A program made the position numbers and the translations under genes. Of a stretch of DNA of 64,000 nt, positions 23,709 through 38,034 are shown one piece after another. Position 1 is the first letter of the stretch; every line of letters starts with the position of its first letter. Under the pieces are notes generated by a model. That model saw only the letters and a program-made list of their open reading frames with translations, was not told the origin of the DNA and searched no databases. The stretch comes from Adineta vaga (taxonomy: Eukaryota > Animalia > Rotifera): NCBI GenBank assembly GCA_021613535.1, contig CP075492.1, positions 6,386,001 to 6,450,000 of the forward strand. The letters are read 5' to 3'.

Positions 23709-25633
23709 TTATTTTTTCCGTTCTTCATTGGGTTTAACATATTCTGAAAATAAAAGATCTTCCACAGCAGTGGAATTTTCTTCTTCGACTGCATCTTCAT
23801 CTACTTCGGGACATACAGATAATTTTTTACTTTTCACAATCACTTCTTCTTCTTCTTCAATTTCACTCATTTGTTGTCCATATTGTGGAACATGTGGATC
23901 AACTTTTTCCGCTTGTTTAATCGTTTCTGGTAATGCTGTTTTTATTCGTGTTTCCGGTAAGAATATCGCACATATTGCTGCAATTGCTGAGCTTACACTA
24001 AATATGATATATGGCAATGGAAACCAAACTGATTGTGATAATAATGATATTTGTGGTGCCCAGACTCCACCTATTCGTGCAATACTAACAGTAAGACCTA
24101 CACCAGTTGAACGTATTACTGTTGGAAACGTTTCTGATGTATATACCCATGATAATGCTTGTGCTGCTGATATAAATAATTTAGCAGATAATGCTGCAGA
24201 TGAACTAACTGTTGGATATTTTTTATGTGTTAATGGTATAGTTAAAATGGATAGAGAACAAAGAGTAAAGAAAATAATTAAAGGAATTTTTCGACCAAAT
24301 TTCGTTGCACAAAAATGACATAGACATAAACCAAATAATTCTGTAAAGACAGATAATAGAAAAATTTCGTATGGACGATCATTAGTTAATGCTGTTATTC
24401 CCATACCAATACCAAGATAAACCATTAAATTTGTCATCATTATATAAAATATAATCAAGCAACGTTGACGCATAACAGATGATTTAAATAAACTTGTTAA
24501 AACATAGGTATAAGAATATCGTTTTGGACGAATACGAGCATCACGTTGTAAATCATCATAAAGTTTCTTTTCAGAATTTTCCAATGTTCGACGATTAATA
24601 TAAGCAATTCGACGAAGAACTTTTCGTGCATGTAATAATCGACCGGTTGAAACAAGCCAACGAGCTGATTCCGGTACACACCAATAATAACATAAGAATG
24701 GCATAACATATATTGTTAAAATCCACATTGTAATTGACCAATCACGAGTAAAATAATAGATAAGCATAATTAATAATTCACCTAAGAATAAATCAAAATT
24801 TGTTTGTCTTTATCAAACAATTCCATAAGTTTCTTTTTAAACATACCTAATGTATAGAAATAGGAAAGGATATTACTGGCTAAAACTCGTCGATTAGCTG
24901 AAGTCATCTCAAGAAGTAAAACTAAAGTAATGGAATAAGTTGTTTGAGCAAAACCCGTTAAAAAACGACTAATAGTAAATACAATCAATTTATTATCAAT
25001 AGACATTTTTGAATGCATTATTAATTGTGTGGTATTTAGAACAATAACCATGAGTAATATTAATGAATACATTGTTGTTCGTCGTCCTAATTTATCCGCC
25101 ATAATTCCAGTTAAAAATGCGCCACTTGTACCCATAATATATGCATTTTGAGTAATGGCTTTCAAATGTAAACGATGACAAACAAGATTCCATTCCGTGG
25201 AGATAGTTGTATTATAAAATGTATTGCTAAAGACCCATTTTTCACATGGTTTTCGTTTCCTATCAAAAGATATTTCATTTGTATAACAATTTCGATCTTT
25301 AGTTGATGGAATATATCTATCAATATAGGATTGATGTATATTAGATTGTACAGCAAATGTATCAGTAAAATTCATAGAATCGATTTGACAACGATGTTCT
25401 GGTGTCGCAGCAATGAAAACATAACTAAATGCTGTCATAGCAGGTAAAACAGCAAGAAGACCAACAAGAAGAAATTGAACTTTTTGATAGAGACCAAATG
25501 ATCCTACTTCATTTAGTAATTGATCAATTGCACTTATCGATGGTGGAGTTGATACTACTGGTGATTCGGGAGAATTTGCACGTTGAAATAAATCAATTAA
25601 CGAACGTTTACGATTAACTTTTGCTACAGACAT
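23709..25633 (-). CDS. SLC22 organic cation transporter-like MFS protein (2 exons)
   Basis: EVGSFGLYQK, PEHRC, TISTEWNLVC, ADKLGRR, PESARWL, ETFPTVIRSTG, LPET. Confidence 0.93.
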
Positions 25634-26436
25634 TTATATATCTTTCTTTATCTTATCGATGAAAGACTATGATTTATGTGTGAATGTAGAGATTCAATTG
25701 CGATTTTACAATGATCATTGTGTGATCATAAACTTTGTAAAAGATTACGGATGATTGGGATAGCATTTACCAAATAGAGGTTGTGTTCGACTTCTTTTTA
25801 TTACTTTATATTAGAAATCAATCAACGATACATCATTGAAGAATATCATAGAAATGAAAAAAACTTTCGATCGATGTTTATAAAGTATAGTCATTTGACT
25901 TTTTATTTGTAAAGACAAGAGAACAAATTTCAAAAATCTTCTTATACAGTATTGCATAGATATGCATGTATTTTTCATCAGAATTATTTGAACATTTTGT
26001 CATATCCATTGAAAACAAAATTAGATACCTAAAAATTCCTCTTCAATTTCACGACCATATCAAGACGTCAAGAAGTGCTTTTAAAAAATAGATCAACAGA
26101 TTAAAAAAGATTTCATTTAGTAAATTTAGTTTGTGTGACGTATGTATGTTATATATAAAAACGAATTAAATATTTTAGAATTATCACCGATGAGATTAAA
26201 TTTTGAATTGAGTTACTTAGTAAAATCGCTTTCTACTTGATGAATCTGTCAACAATGAATAGTTGATTTACTGTGGTCATAGCAACATTTATCTGTATAT
26301 ATAAAATGAGCATTGGATCTTTATTTGATTTTCTGTTACGCTTTCCTGTGCTCTATGCAAATGGTCTTCAGAGCTGCATATAAAACATTTCTGCTAAACA
26401 AATTCTCCACTTTCCATCAATTATCATAAAATACAC

Positions 26437-27414
26437 ATGGCTTCTTTATCCTCATCATTGTATTATATTCAACAAGAGATATTTCGAATTGGTGGTCCTC
26501 TATTAATTATTCTTGGCAGTATCAGTTGTATACTCAATATGATGGTATTTAATAAAAATACCCTACGAAAAAATCCATGTATCACATGTTTACTTGCTTT
26601 CAATATAATCAATTTCTTTTATTTTTATTTTGGTCTCTTAGTAACAACACTTGCTGTTGGTTACGACATTGATCCAAGTGCAAGCAGTTTGATATTTTGT
26701 CGATTTCGCTTTTACATTGCTTTTATACTTGCATGTTGGCAATTCTCTTTTTTGATATTAGCCTCTATCGATCGTACATTGATCACTTGACCGAATGCAG
26801 CAACACGAAAACTTAGTACAAATCGTCTAGTTAAGATCAGTATGATTTCTATAGCAATATTTTGGTTATTATTAGAAAGTCACGCATTAATCTTTACAGA
26901 TATTCTACAACTTGGATCTAATTATTTTATTTGTTTCTATCAATCTGGTTTGTATACCACAATCATGACTTATCATTCATTAATAATCCTGAGAGCTATG
27001 CCAACTCTTCTTATGATCATATTCGGACTCTGGACAGTGAAAAATGTACGAGATGTACGTCGTCGTCGTCGTCGTCGTCATTTTCAAACTACAACCAATG
27101 AGATGATTACTGTTGGCAGAGTACATATACTTCGTTCACAGGATCGACAACTGATTCGAATGTTAATTATAGATATTCTTGCTTTTATTGTCTGTAAATT
27201 TCCATCAACAATGGCTCTTCTCTATCTACAGATTACTCAAAATGATGAAAAAAGTGTTGAACGACAAATAGCTGAATTTTCAATTATACTATTAACATTC
27301 TTCTAGTATTTTGTTGATAATGGCATTGGTTTTTATAAGAACATATTAGTGTCAAAAACATTTCGTCTAGACACTAAACGTATTTTTTTCTTCTTCTTCA
27401 TTATGAATTATTGA
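26437..27414 (+). pseudogene. Orphan rhodopsin-like GPCR with two in-frame premature stops
   Basis: ORFs 26437-26790 and 26842-27306 are in the same frame. TGA at 26788 (after ASIDRTLIT) and TAG at 27304 interrupt a 7TM frame that continues ...FYKNILVSKTFR to 27414. Confidence 0.8.
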
Positions 27415-27569
27415 GAATTATTTACCAACAAATAAATTATATTAGTTTTGTATAATTCTTGTTGACATATTGACGAATATTAAGATCATAAAGAAACAAA
27501 ATGTTAAAGCCTTCCTTACAAGTAAAAGACACAAAAACATGCACATAACATCAACAACTTTAAAATCAA

Positions 27570-28089
27570 TTATGCATTACAAATATTACGCTTAATTGAG
27601 CTACTTAAACTGCCAAGTGATGAGTCATACGTTTGCCGATGTCTTGCAAAACAGTCAACAGCTGCTTTATCACATTCACAAGTATTACGATCGCATGAAC
27701 CGATCGGATCGGTACATACAATAGCTTTATTTGATCGTGCTTCCCAGGCATAGGTGACTAGTTTTGGTGAACAACCAAAAAATCCTCCAGCGATTTCATC
27801 GTAGCATTCGTCATGTATTCGACAACATTCATCTGTAGCATCGAGTGTCTGTGAACCATACGTACCAGCACCACACCTAATCAATAAACGTTTCAATTAG
27901 ATGAACTATTAACTTTAAATACTCTAGTACTTACCAACAACCATAACCGTTATAATCTGAAGAACGGAAACCTTTGTAACTGATCATATTGCTAAATTGA
28001 ATAAGATTACGAGTGGATAAAGAAGCGGATAATGTGGGAATAGAATAGTAGAATACCATAACAGATACGATCAACAATATCAGAGCCAT
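27570..28089 (-). CDS. Secreted phospholipase A2 (group I/II/V/X-type), 2 exons
   Basis: Signal peptide, NLIQFSNMI, Ca loop YGCW|CGAG, active site CCRIHDECY, CECD catalytic Asp. Confidence 0.93.
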
Positions 28090-28654
28090 TTTTGTCATTA
28101 GGAATATGAGCAAAACGATTTGCACTGAAGTTCTACCGGTCAAAACTATTTATACATATTTTCTAAATCCCCCATTTTGTATAGTCATAAGCTTTTTTTA
28201 ATTAAATTTTAGATCGACGAAATTATTTTATTTGCGTAGGTTAAAACATGTATGCGTACGTTGTATAGTAATGAATAGATAATACTCATCAAAACAATGA
28301 CCTTGAAAATATTAGGATTTACTTTTTATCTTTCCACGAAAACTTGAAAATAATTTCATACAGACACCAATCAGAACTAACTGATGAAGAGTTAGACAAT
28401 ATCGATAAACTTTGTTGTTCGAAGTATTATTTATTGTTCTATCACTAGAGAAAAGCATAGTAAAAATTGAATTGAATTTTTTTTGTTAGTTAAAAGTTTT
28501 TTCAAAATAAAAAAAAATAAAACATAGACGAATTAGTGATAGGCAACTATTTGAAAATTCCAATAGAAAAAGCGACAAAATATCAATAAATAAAAGTGAA
28601 TGAAATATTCATATTAGAAATTTGATAAGCTGGTATTCGAAGAGAGTAGATTTA

Positions 28655-30622
28655 TCACAAATTTTTCTTTCGAAATTCAATTGACTGCACATATGATGCT
28701 TCTTCATCACCATCTTGATTGAATAGGATAGTTTCAATCGTATTTCCTACACCTAAATAACAACATCCACACACAAAGATTACTTATGAATATCGTTAAC
28801 AATTCAACATACCCCATGTAGAGATATCATTATTCACAAGTTGATATTGTACCAAGGCAGAAATCGCACTTTGATTTGCTGTTTCAGCACCACTTCGAGA
28901 ATAGATTTTCAATTCTTTTCCATGTTGAAGTCGAACACCATCGGGTATTATATATCGAATATTTGGTCCTGCATCTGTACGTTGTTTAATTACCCATCGA
29001 GAAAGATCTATTTCTTTACTCGTCGAATGATTTACTATACTGATAAATTTTCCATTTACACTACATTCTTCTACAATAGAACAGAATTTTTAGCATTCGG
29101 ACATATCGTCCTCTGTAAACTCAGACTTACTGATGCCAATTGATCTTTTTTTTCGTGATTTAGCGACAAGTTTACCAGCCATTCCAGTTTCATATGTTGT
29201 TTTCTGTGGAGCAACAGTCACGTGTCCTCCGATTTGACTATTATCCAATAAATATCGATACACGATGATCTCGGCTTCTAGATGAACTTTACTACAAAAA
29301 AAAAGACAGAAACAGATTTCTCTTTCGCTCTCTCTTTCATTAGAACAATAATTTCCAACCTGCGTTGCATTTCATTGATATCATATGCCACTAACATAAT
29401 ATTTTCTTGCATATTGAATGCTTCTTTTGCTTGATAATCAAGTTGTTCTTCATATTGACCTTCTATTGCTTTCAATTCAGCTTCTAATTTAGCTTTAAAG
29501 AAAGAGAAACAATAGAGAAAATCTCAAAATTCAATTCTTTATTTACCATATTTTGCTTCTAATTTCATTTGTATTTCTTTCTCATAACTTAAACTATGTT
29601 GATATTTTTCATAATCAACTTGTAATGCTTGCATTGTCATTGCAAATTCATCCACATCATATTGTTGTTCATGTACTGTTTGTTCCACTTCTCGTTTAAC
29701 TTCTTCCATTTTGGTTTCATAATATGAAGCCATTTCACGATAAATTGTGGAATAAAAAACTTCAAAATCATGATGAATTCGTTTGATTGATTTGTCTAAT
29801 TCAAGTGTCCAAAATTGTGCGACATCATTCATTTGAATCGATACTGCTTCAACATTTCTACGAGCAAAAAACAAAACGAAAACAGAATTCCTTCATTATG
29901 GTTCAAATGTTAAGTATTTACCGTGTTGAATGTGAACGTATTTTTTTATAAAATGCAATATAACTTTTCAACATATCTAAACTCATATTGCCTTTCTTAC
30001 GTTGTTTATTCATATTACACCAATCATGTGTTAGAGATAAATAATGTTTAAGTACATTATCACGTTCAGCATATTGATTACCAGTTGTTCGTTCTAATTC
30101 TCCATAAGAATTCCGTAACATTGTTAAATCGGATGCGAATTGTTTCATTTCATGATCTAATTTCATCAAACGTTTATCTCTCCATTGTTGTTCCGTATCG
30201 ATCAATTGTTGATAAATTCCAATTTGTAATTGATACCATTCATAATCAGAATCACAATCTGCCTTGGAATAATGTAATGATGAAAGATCAGATTTAATAT
30301 TTAAATAACGTTCATTCCAATGAACATCAATACCACTTTCACCGGATGATTGTCGACGAAGTTCTGCAACATCTGTCGAATATTTCGCATTTTGTGATTC
30401 TAATAAGTGTACACGATCAACGAATAAACCTAAACGTTGATTCAATTCATTCAATGCTTCTTTCTCATGTTGATGTTGAGATAGAAGATCATGTTGAAGT
30501 TGTTGAACATTTACAAATACGGATGATGTATATTGTATTGTGGGTCCAAAATGATCATTTCGACGATAGGTAGCTACTGAATTATGATCCGTATCCCGGC
30601 TCGTGTGTGTGTCAAAGGACAT
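28655..30622 (-). CDS. Cytoplasmic intermediate filament protein with lamin-tail domain (protostome type), multi-exon
   Basis: Coil 1A EKEALNELNQRLGLFVDRVHLLESQN; rod end LEAEIIVYRYLLD; LTD features (SVSLSLQRTICPNAK, LDG.LNNV / WG.G.TIETILFNQDGDEEA); no CaaX. Confidence 0.85.
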
Positions 30623-32757
30623 TTCCTCTTCTTCTTCTTCTTCTTTATATGTGCTAATCAAAATTTGAATGCGGTTTATACATACATGTATATTATATAT
30701 ATATTTGTTTTTTCTCTATGCTTGAGGTAAAAAACGATTGGAAGATTTGGTTTCGTTTTTTACATCGTTCCTTCCGTTTCTCTTCTTCCATGTATTACTG
30801 CTTAGAGATGAAGAATAAATTATGTTAGTTATAGATTTGAATTTCACAGTTATTTCTGTCTCTTGTGCTACACAGATTATCAAGGTTTCTCATATATTGC
30901 AATGTCTAGGATGTATATTACGTATGCTACCTATAGACAAGCACTTGCTATTTCAGATCAATATGCATAGACATGATAACACTTGAAATTTAATTATTGA
31001 TTATTTTGTTAAATGATTAAATTACAAAACTAAAAATGTTGTTTTTTATTATTGAATACGATAGGATATCTCAACAAGTTTGACATTATGAATCAGATGT
31101 AAAGAAATAAATTTGAAAGACGAAATTTTATTTAAAATATATCGATGTACGATTACTAAGGTAATTGTGAAGTTATGAAAGCGAATATGTCGATTGGCAT
31201 GTAGAAAAATATGAATAGCATACCAATCCAATCCATTTAACTCCTGCTGAGTATGAAAGAAATAGTAAATGAAAGTTTTTTCTCTCTTTTTTCATGATCC
31301 TTTTCAATGATTTCTATACCCCCATCGAGGTAAATACATCGTTTGAGAAAAAAGTGAAGTGTTTTCACTTAATTTGTACGAAAAAAAGAAATATTTGATG
31401 AAAGATCGACTAAACATTGATACGATACAGTACACGAAGGTTACTAATAGGTCATGAACAAAATGAAAGATTAAAAGAAGACAAGTATTTTATATACAAA
31501 TGTATAGAAGTACGTTCTTTTTCTCTCTATTGATATTATAGTATAATGTGTAATAATTATCATCTATATAGTATTATAAACTCAGCATCAATTTAATAGT
31601 CAGATATTGTATAGAACCTCGTTCTTTGTACGATATCGGAGTTTTTTTTTCTAATTTTGTCCGAATTGCTCATGTAGATTCCAAAGGGGTCATGACCGCA
31701 GACTAGAAAAAGTTTTTATAAATTGTTTTTATCGTACTTATTCAATACTTCGAAAGAATTCATGTTATTGAAATGTTCTACGTAATAAATTATCAAAGCA
31801 ACTATTTCAATTATTTATGCATCACCGGCTTACTATACATACGATTATTCATAACTATAAACCTCCTTTAATATATTTTATAGGAAAAGAGATGTCAGCA
31901 AATACTTTCGTTGAAATCACTCTATTCAAGAACTCATATTCTTATGATCTGTAAATCGAATTTTTTGAAGTACAAGTGATAAGATGCACATATTAAAAGA
32001 TAGACGCTGTTGTACGTGATATAACCTAATTGTGTCTGATTATTTCAATGGTAGATTAACTTTTGCAAATAAGATTAGACTGATATCTATGACTACACTT
32101 CATGAAATATGATCGAGTCAAATTTGTTGAATGAATATGATTTAATGATATGTAAAAGAGAACTGGAAGATATCATTTATGACCAGAGTATTTTACATGA
32201 GTTGATTTTGAATTCAAAAAATATAAATAATGCCGGGGGAGGTACCAAAAGTTGCTCATTAATTTGCTGTCAAAACAGTTGCCATGATGCGACATCTATC
32301 GAACAAGATCATGAATTAATCGACAATCAAATTCTTCTTTTCTCTATCAATAAACTTTAGGAAATAAATTTTTAGTTAGATAAAATTTTTACTAATTTTC
32401 AATGGTTTAACTATATTAACCATTAATAGTGAATTGTTTATTAAGTCATTTATTTTTTCTTTATGCTGTTTTGTTTTTCTACAACACAAATCTGTTTATT
32501 TGTTTTTTTTTTTGCATATAAAATGCCATCAGATAAAAACAACACTATATATAAGTATACAACTCAGTTGTATGAAATTCTTGTCTAATTTGAAAAAAAA
32601 AAGAATAGGAAATTTTTTTTCTCATACTTTCACGTAATAAAATATATTTAGTTGTAATTTTCCCCTTCTTAAGTTTTATAATTGAGAATTACAACCACAA
32701 TTATGTATTCTCTAGCATAAAATAATCGCTCATCAATACTATCAAAATTAGAAAGAT

Positions 32758-34240
32758 ATGGATTTAGAATATACACCTGGAATATTAGATACTCCATCAT
32801 TGTCGACACCGAATATTGGTGCTACTCCATTACTCTACAGATCTCTTCAAACAGATGCAACAACTAATGATCAGAATAATACTCAAACAGATACAAGCTC
32901 GAATCCTTCGTCAATAATAACAACAACAAACACGAATGATGAATCATCATCTGTGTCATCGGCAGAAATCAAACTATCAAAAATTGAAAATGATTTGAAG
33001 CAAAGTTTTACCCAACCTCGTAAACCAACTGAATCACCTTTTCAAAAAATAGCTGAAGCCGGTGGATTAGCACTTGAGAAAAATACGCCACCACCACCAC
33101 CTCCTCCTACGACCGATGATGGTATACCTATCAATATACCATCTACTGCTGAGGTAACTATGAATCATCCATGATGATTCATTTCTCATATCAGAATTTT
33201 TCTCCTTTTTAGGTTATGAATGATCTTGAATCATTTTCAAAATATTCAACAACAAAAGATACTCTCGAACGTGAAACTATTCCTAGTGATACATCACCAC
33301 CACAAACGATGGGTGTTATTGTGTCACCAAAAAAGAAACTTCTTATCCGAAGTCAATCTCATACAGAACCAACATCACCAATTTCAATTCTAGCAAATAA
33401 TTTATCTCAATCACAAAAAACTCTCCGTGATGACGATAATTCAACAGATGATGATCAAAATAATCATTTTCAACGTTTACAAGATTTACCTATATTAACA
33501 AATACAAATGATACAAATGTTTCATTAGATAATAATATTGAACCATCTTATACAATACAAATACGAACAAATTCAAATGGAATACAACCAATAATTACAA
33601 AACAACAACCAGTTGTTGTCAATAATAAACGAACATTTTCCCAGACCATGATCGGTATTTATCCTAAATTATTTTCTTATTTTCGACTCATAAAATTTCT
33701 ATTGTATACATCTGTATAGCTACATCAGTATCAAAAACGAATTCAATTCTTCTTTCTCAACAACCAATTATCAATGAAGTAACATCAAGCGATCAATTAT
33801 CAGGTGCAAAACGACAAAAAACAGCATCACGTACTTCATTTGTAATACCCATGAATGACAATGATAATAATAGTGTCAATAATTCTGGTTCAGATGATCA
33901 ACGTAAAAGACAAATTCGTGATAGTAATCGTGAAGCAGCACGACGTTGTCGTGAACGTCGTCGAAATTATATTGAACAACTCGAAGGAAATTTAGATCAA
34001 TATAAAACACAAATAAAACAATTAACAGAAAATCTTGCTCGAGCTGAACGAGAAAATACTCAACTTCGTGCGATTCTTAGTGAAGCCAAACTATTTCATC
34101 CAAATACGCGACTTCCATCCAATGAATCAATGATGGATTTTTCATCCATCATTACAAATAACAATGGTATCGATCTCAATTCTGAAACAACCGATGGAAA
34201 TGCAATACAAAGAAGTTTTGTTACAAGAAATACTCATTAA
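32758..34240 (+). CDS. bZIP transcription factor (ATF/CREB-like), 3 exons
   Basis: RKRQIRDSNREAARRCRERRRNYIEQLE basic region followed by heptad leucines; Ser/Thr/Pro-rich N-terminus. Confidence 0.88.
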
Positions 34241-34741
34241 TACTTCAAAGTAGTGCTTTAGAAACCAAAAAAGAACTTTTATTTTAGTAGTATTCATGAA
34301 TATTTGATGATTATCTAAAAAAACACCTATACACATATATCACACTAAGTGTACTAACCGGTTCTGGTTTTTTTCTTCTCTTTGCTTCTGTGTATACTCT
34401 ATCTAGTTTCCTTGCAGTGACGAGTGTTGTTTTCAATCTTTCTTTTTCTCTACGTATGTATATATATATATAAACACGAAAGTTAATTACTAACCTTAAT
34501 GTTCATTTTCTGTATAGAACGGAATTAAAGTATTAGCGTTTTCATCCTGGCATACACTTTCATATTTTTAACAAAAAAAAAACGTCCAGTTTGTTGGTTT
34601 CTTTGAAACAGATAAGATAAATTTTATTTGTTGGACATTGTGATTCGTGCATTCAATTTTGTCGATGTATTTTTTTCTTTTTGAAATGTGTGAAAAAGAA
34701 ATTCAATAGTTTGGTTTCGTTGTTTTTTTTTAGATTTAAAG

Positions 34742-35997
34742 ATGAAATCTTTATTTCTTATTTGTTTTTTACCAATATTACTCGCTTTAGAACTTCATGA
34801 AAGTAAGTTGATTGTCTACAGATTACTTTTTTTGTAATTGTTGTTTTGTTTTTGCTTTAGTTCAAATCAAATCCGATGGTGATTGTTGGTCTCATGAAAT
34901 TAATAAAACAATCGAAAAGAATTATGCTATCTTAGTTACTTTTGCACCAGATATTGCTTATGGAAAAGATGATTGTTTAGTCTATATAACAAATCCATGG
35001 TTACCAAAAATCCAAAACGGTTTTGGATTATTTCTATCTCGTCAACAAATGGATTGTTCTTCAACATTGACTGTTGATTGTCTTCCGGATTCAATTCTAC
35101 CTAATCAAGTAAAACTAATCAATTGATTTTCTTGAAATGAAAATTTCATTAATTTTCAGACAATACCATCATCGGTACAATTTACGTGTCATACGAGTAA
35201 AAAGAAGATTGAAATGCGTTGTAGTACAATTCGATTGACATTTAAAAGAAATCTTAATAAACCTGGAACAAAAACATCAACTGTTGTACAAGTTGTTGCA
35301 TTAGCAAAAGGTAATTTTGGAGATGAATTTGATTGATGAATGACTAAATATCAACGAAATTTTAGAACCATGTGCTGATAAAGATATCTTTTTTCAATGT
35401 CCAAATGATTATCCACATTCATGTCTGGATAAAAAACTTGAATGTAATGGACGATCGGAATGTTTAAGTGGTGACGATGAACGTGGTTGTCATCGTATGT
35501 ATACATACATGAATCGATGAAAATCTGCTAAGTGGAAATTTTTAATTGATTTTTTTTAGAGATCTATAGCGAAGGTGTTTCAACAATATGGATTCTTCTT
35601 TTTGTTTTATTATTTCTTTTTCTTATTTGTATATTATCAACAGGTAAACAAAAATGAAATGAACCATTAATCACATTTAAGTCTTGGTTCTTTTTTTTCT
35701 ATTGAAGTTTTAACTTGCTGTTGTTGTCGAGCAGCATTCAATGGAATAGTTCGACGTTTTCGTTCGAAAAAAGGAAATAAATCTGCTACAAGTAAGTTAT
35801 ATTTCTTTTGATTTAGTTAAGGAAGAATCGAATGGTTTTTTTTAGAAGGTGATATTACAATTTCTGGTGAGGAAGCCGGTTTAATCAAAGAATTAACAGC
35901 ATCACCTACTGTTGTGGAAGTTTTACCTCGACAAAATATGGAACCGGCACCATTAATTATTGATTCAACAAAACCGATTTATCCTCGTTTACAATAA
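34742..35997 (+). CDS. Type I membrane protein: signal + CUB-like region + LDLa + TM (tandem gene 1)
   Basis: MKSLFLICFLPILLA; FQCPND..CLDKKLECNGRSECLSGDDERGC (LDLa); TM IWILLFVLLFLFLICILS; CCCC; ends PIYPRLQ*. Confidence 0.75.
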
Positions 35998-36170
35998 ATC
36001 GATTCAGATAGTCAAGAAATCTCTCCTCATTCAAACTTAGTTGCTTCGTATTTCGTGTGTCAGATCGTCCTTTTTTGTTTGCTCAAAGCATTTCTTATGT
36101 CATCTATGTTGTCCTGCAATTTGAAATTAATAAATATCGACTTTGTTCTATAATACCTCGATTTTTTTAG

Positions 36171-37347
36171 ATGTTGTCACTAAGTACACTTATTCTTTTA
36201 CTATATTTATCATCCATCTATGCTAAAGTAACATATTGTAAGAGAGTTCTTTTTATTAACTAATACATGCAAAATCAATGTCTACTTTTAGTCAATCTTG
36301 AAAATACCTATGGGCCATATTGTAATCCAAAAAGTAAATTTACACCCGATGCAGGCATAGTTCGTTATGCTGGGTAAGTGAAGTATTAAAGATCTTTGTT
36401 CTGACTGCGTATTTGTCTCTCTCTCTCTCTCATTATAGGACACCATGGATTGGTAAATGTGTATTAAATATCGAAAGTTGTTGTTTACCAGAATATCCTA
36501 ATGGTACATTACTTCCTAATCTATCGATTTCCACGCGATTTTATCTTCATCTACTGGCTAAACCATTATGTTTAACGGAAAATGTCACAGTTACTGCTGG
36601 AACAGGAGAAAAGGTATGTTACATAAATCAGATCAATTAATTTTCAGAAACGCACGAACGTTTGTTTTAGATTAATATTGATTGTAATACTCCAAATGGA
36701 AGTGAATATTATTTCGATACAGAACATTTAACAGTCACATATTATCGGTCATCAAAATTACCATTATCAAAATTTTCATTACTTGTTACACCGTTAAAAA
36801 TCAAAACACGTACTAATTCATATATAAAATTTATTTATCTGTTTTAAATAGAAATTTTGTCGTTTTAGGAATGTATACACCATGTGCCTTTGATTGCTTT
36901 TCGGATACTCATTGTATCGAACGTAGTCTTGTTTGTGATCGATATAAAAATTGTCCGAATGGTGTCGATGAAGCAAATTGTGACTATAGTATGTTTTGAC
37001 GAATATATATATAACGATGAATTATATGCAAATATGTTTTTCTTAGTTCATCATCATGAACCATTATCATTTCAAGCAAAAATTATTCTATTTTTTGTAC
37101 TTCTTACAATCATTTCAGTGGCTTTGTCATCAATATTAGTTTGTTATTTCTGTTGTAAAATAAATAAAGATAATAATCGTCTTAGCTTTATTACACGAGA
37201 TCGAAAATCACGTATGAAAAAATCATTATCAATGAATTGATTACTTCAATACAAATCTTTCTCTTTCTAGTTCATGATACTGGATTCGAAGAAAATCGTG
37301 CAGCTACTTCTCCACTTTTATCTTCAATGATTCTGGAAAAGGTCTAA
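36171..37347 (+). CDS. Type I membrane protein: signal + CUB-like region + LDLa + TM (tandem gene 2)
   Basis: MLSLSTLILLLYLSSIYA; FDCFSDTHCIERSLVCDRYKNCPNGVDEANC (LDLa); TM IILFFVLLTIISVALSSILVCYFCC. Confidence 0.75.
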
Positions 37348-37851
37348 ACTTTCAATATGCAATACTTTTTCTTATCAGTTATTTTTCTAGTCATTTAATG
37401 TGCATTGATTTTAATGTCGTTCAGATATTGTCGATTTTCTATTAGTCATTTATTTGTCTCATTTTGAATGTTGTTTTGTATTATTACTTCCTTAATCAAT
37501 ATTTACATTCGTATCTATGTTGTATAGATGTCTTTTGTTTTCAAAGAAAAGAAATTATTTTGTCAATAATATATTTAAACTAAACTATTTGCGTTTCGTT
37601 GATATTTTTCAAGACTAAAAACCGTAGGAGAATGGAATTGTGATTTGTATCAAATGATTGAAGTGATTATGATAATCTAGAGGGTATGGAGTGCGTAGCG
37701 GTGAATACAAAATATGTACAACGAATGCTTTACCCACCCTAAAGAATAACACGATCACGCGAGATTTTATTTGTGTAGCTTATTAAAACTCTTACATTCA
37801 CATGTGATAAATCTGCTTCTATAAAGGCAATATAAAATAGGATGTGTGTTC

Positions 37852-38034
37852 CAGTGGCGCAACCAGGATTTTTAGCCCAATGGGCAAACTTCGATTGGGT
37901 AAGAAAAAGACGATGGGCCGAAAATGTTTTAATTAGCAAGAATTTACTAAAAATATTTGAATGGACAAAGCTCAAAATGTAATGGGCAATTGCCCATTTG
38001 GCTCCCCCCCCCCACCCCGCTGTTTGCGCCACTG
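37852..38034. mobile_element. 183-bp non-autonomous hAT-type MITE
   Basis: TIRs CAGTGGCGCAA ... TTGCGCCACTG; 8-bp flanks GTGTGTTC / GTGTGTTT (7/8 TSD); GC-rich subterminal region with internal palindrome AATGGGCAATTGCCCATT. Confidence 0.85.

Noticed and set aside
23728-24318. 196-aa + strand ORF
   Set aside because: Antisense shadow of the SLC22 gene
32109-32360. 83-aa ORF upstream of the bZIP gene
   Set aside because: No recognisable domain or splice support; cannot distinguish from chance or a relic
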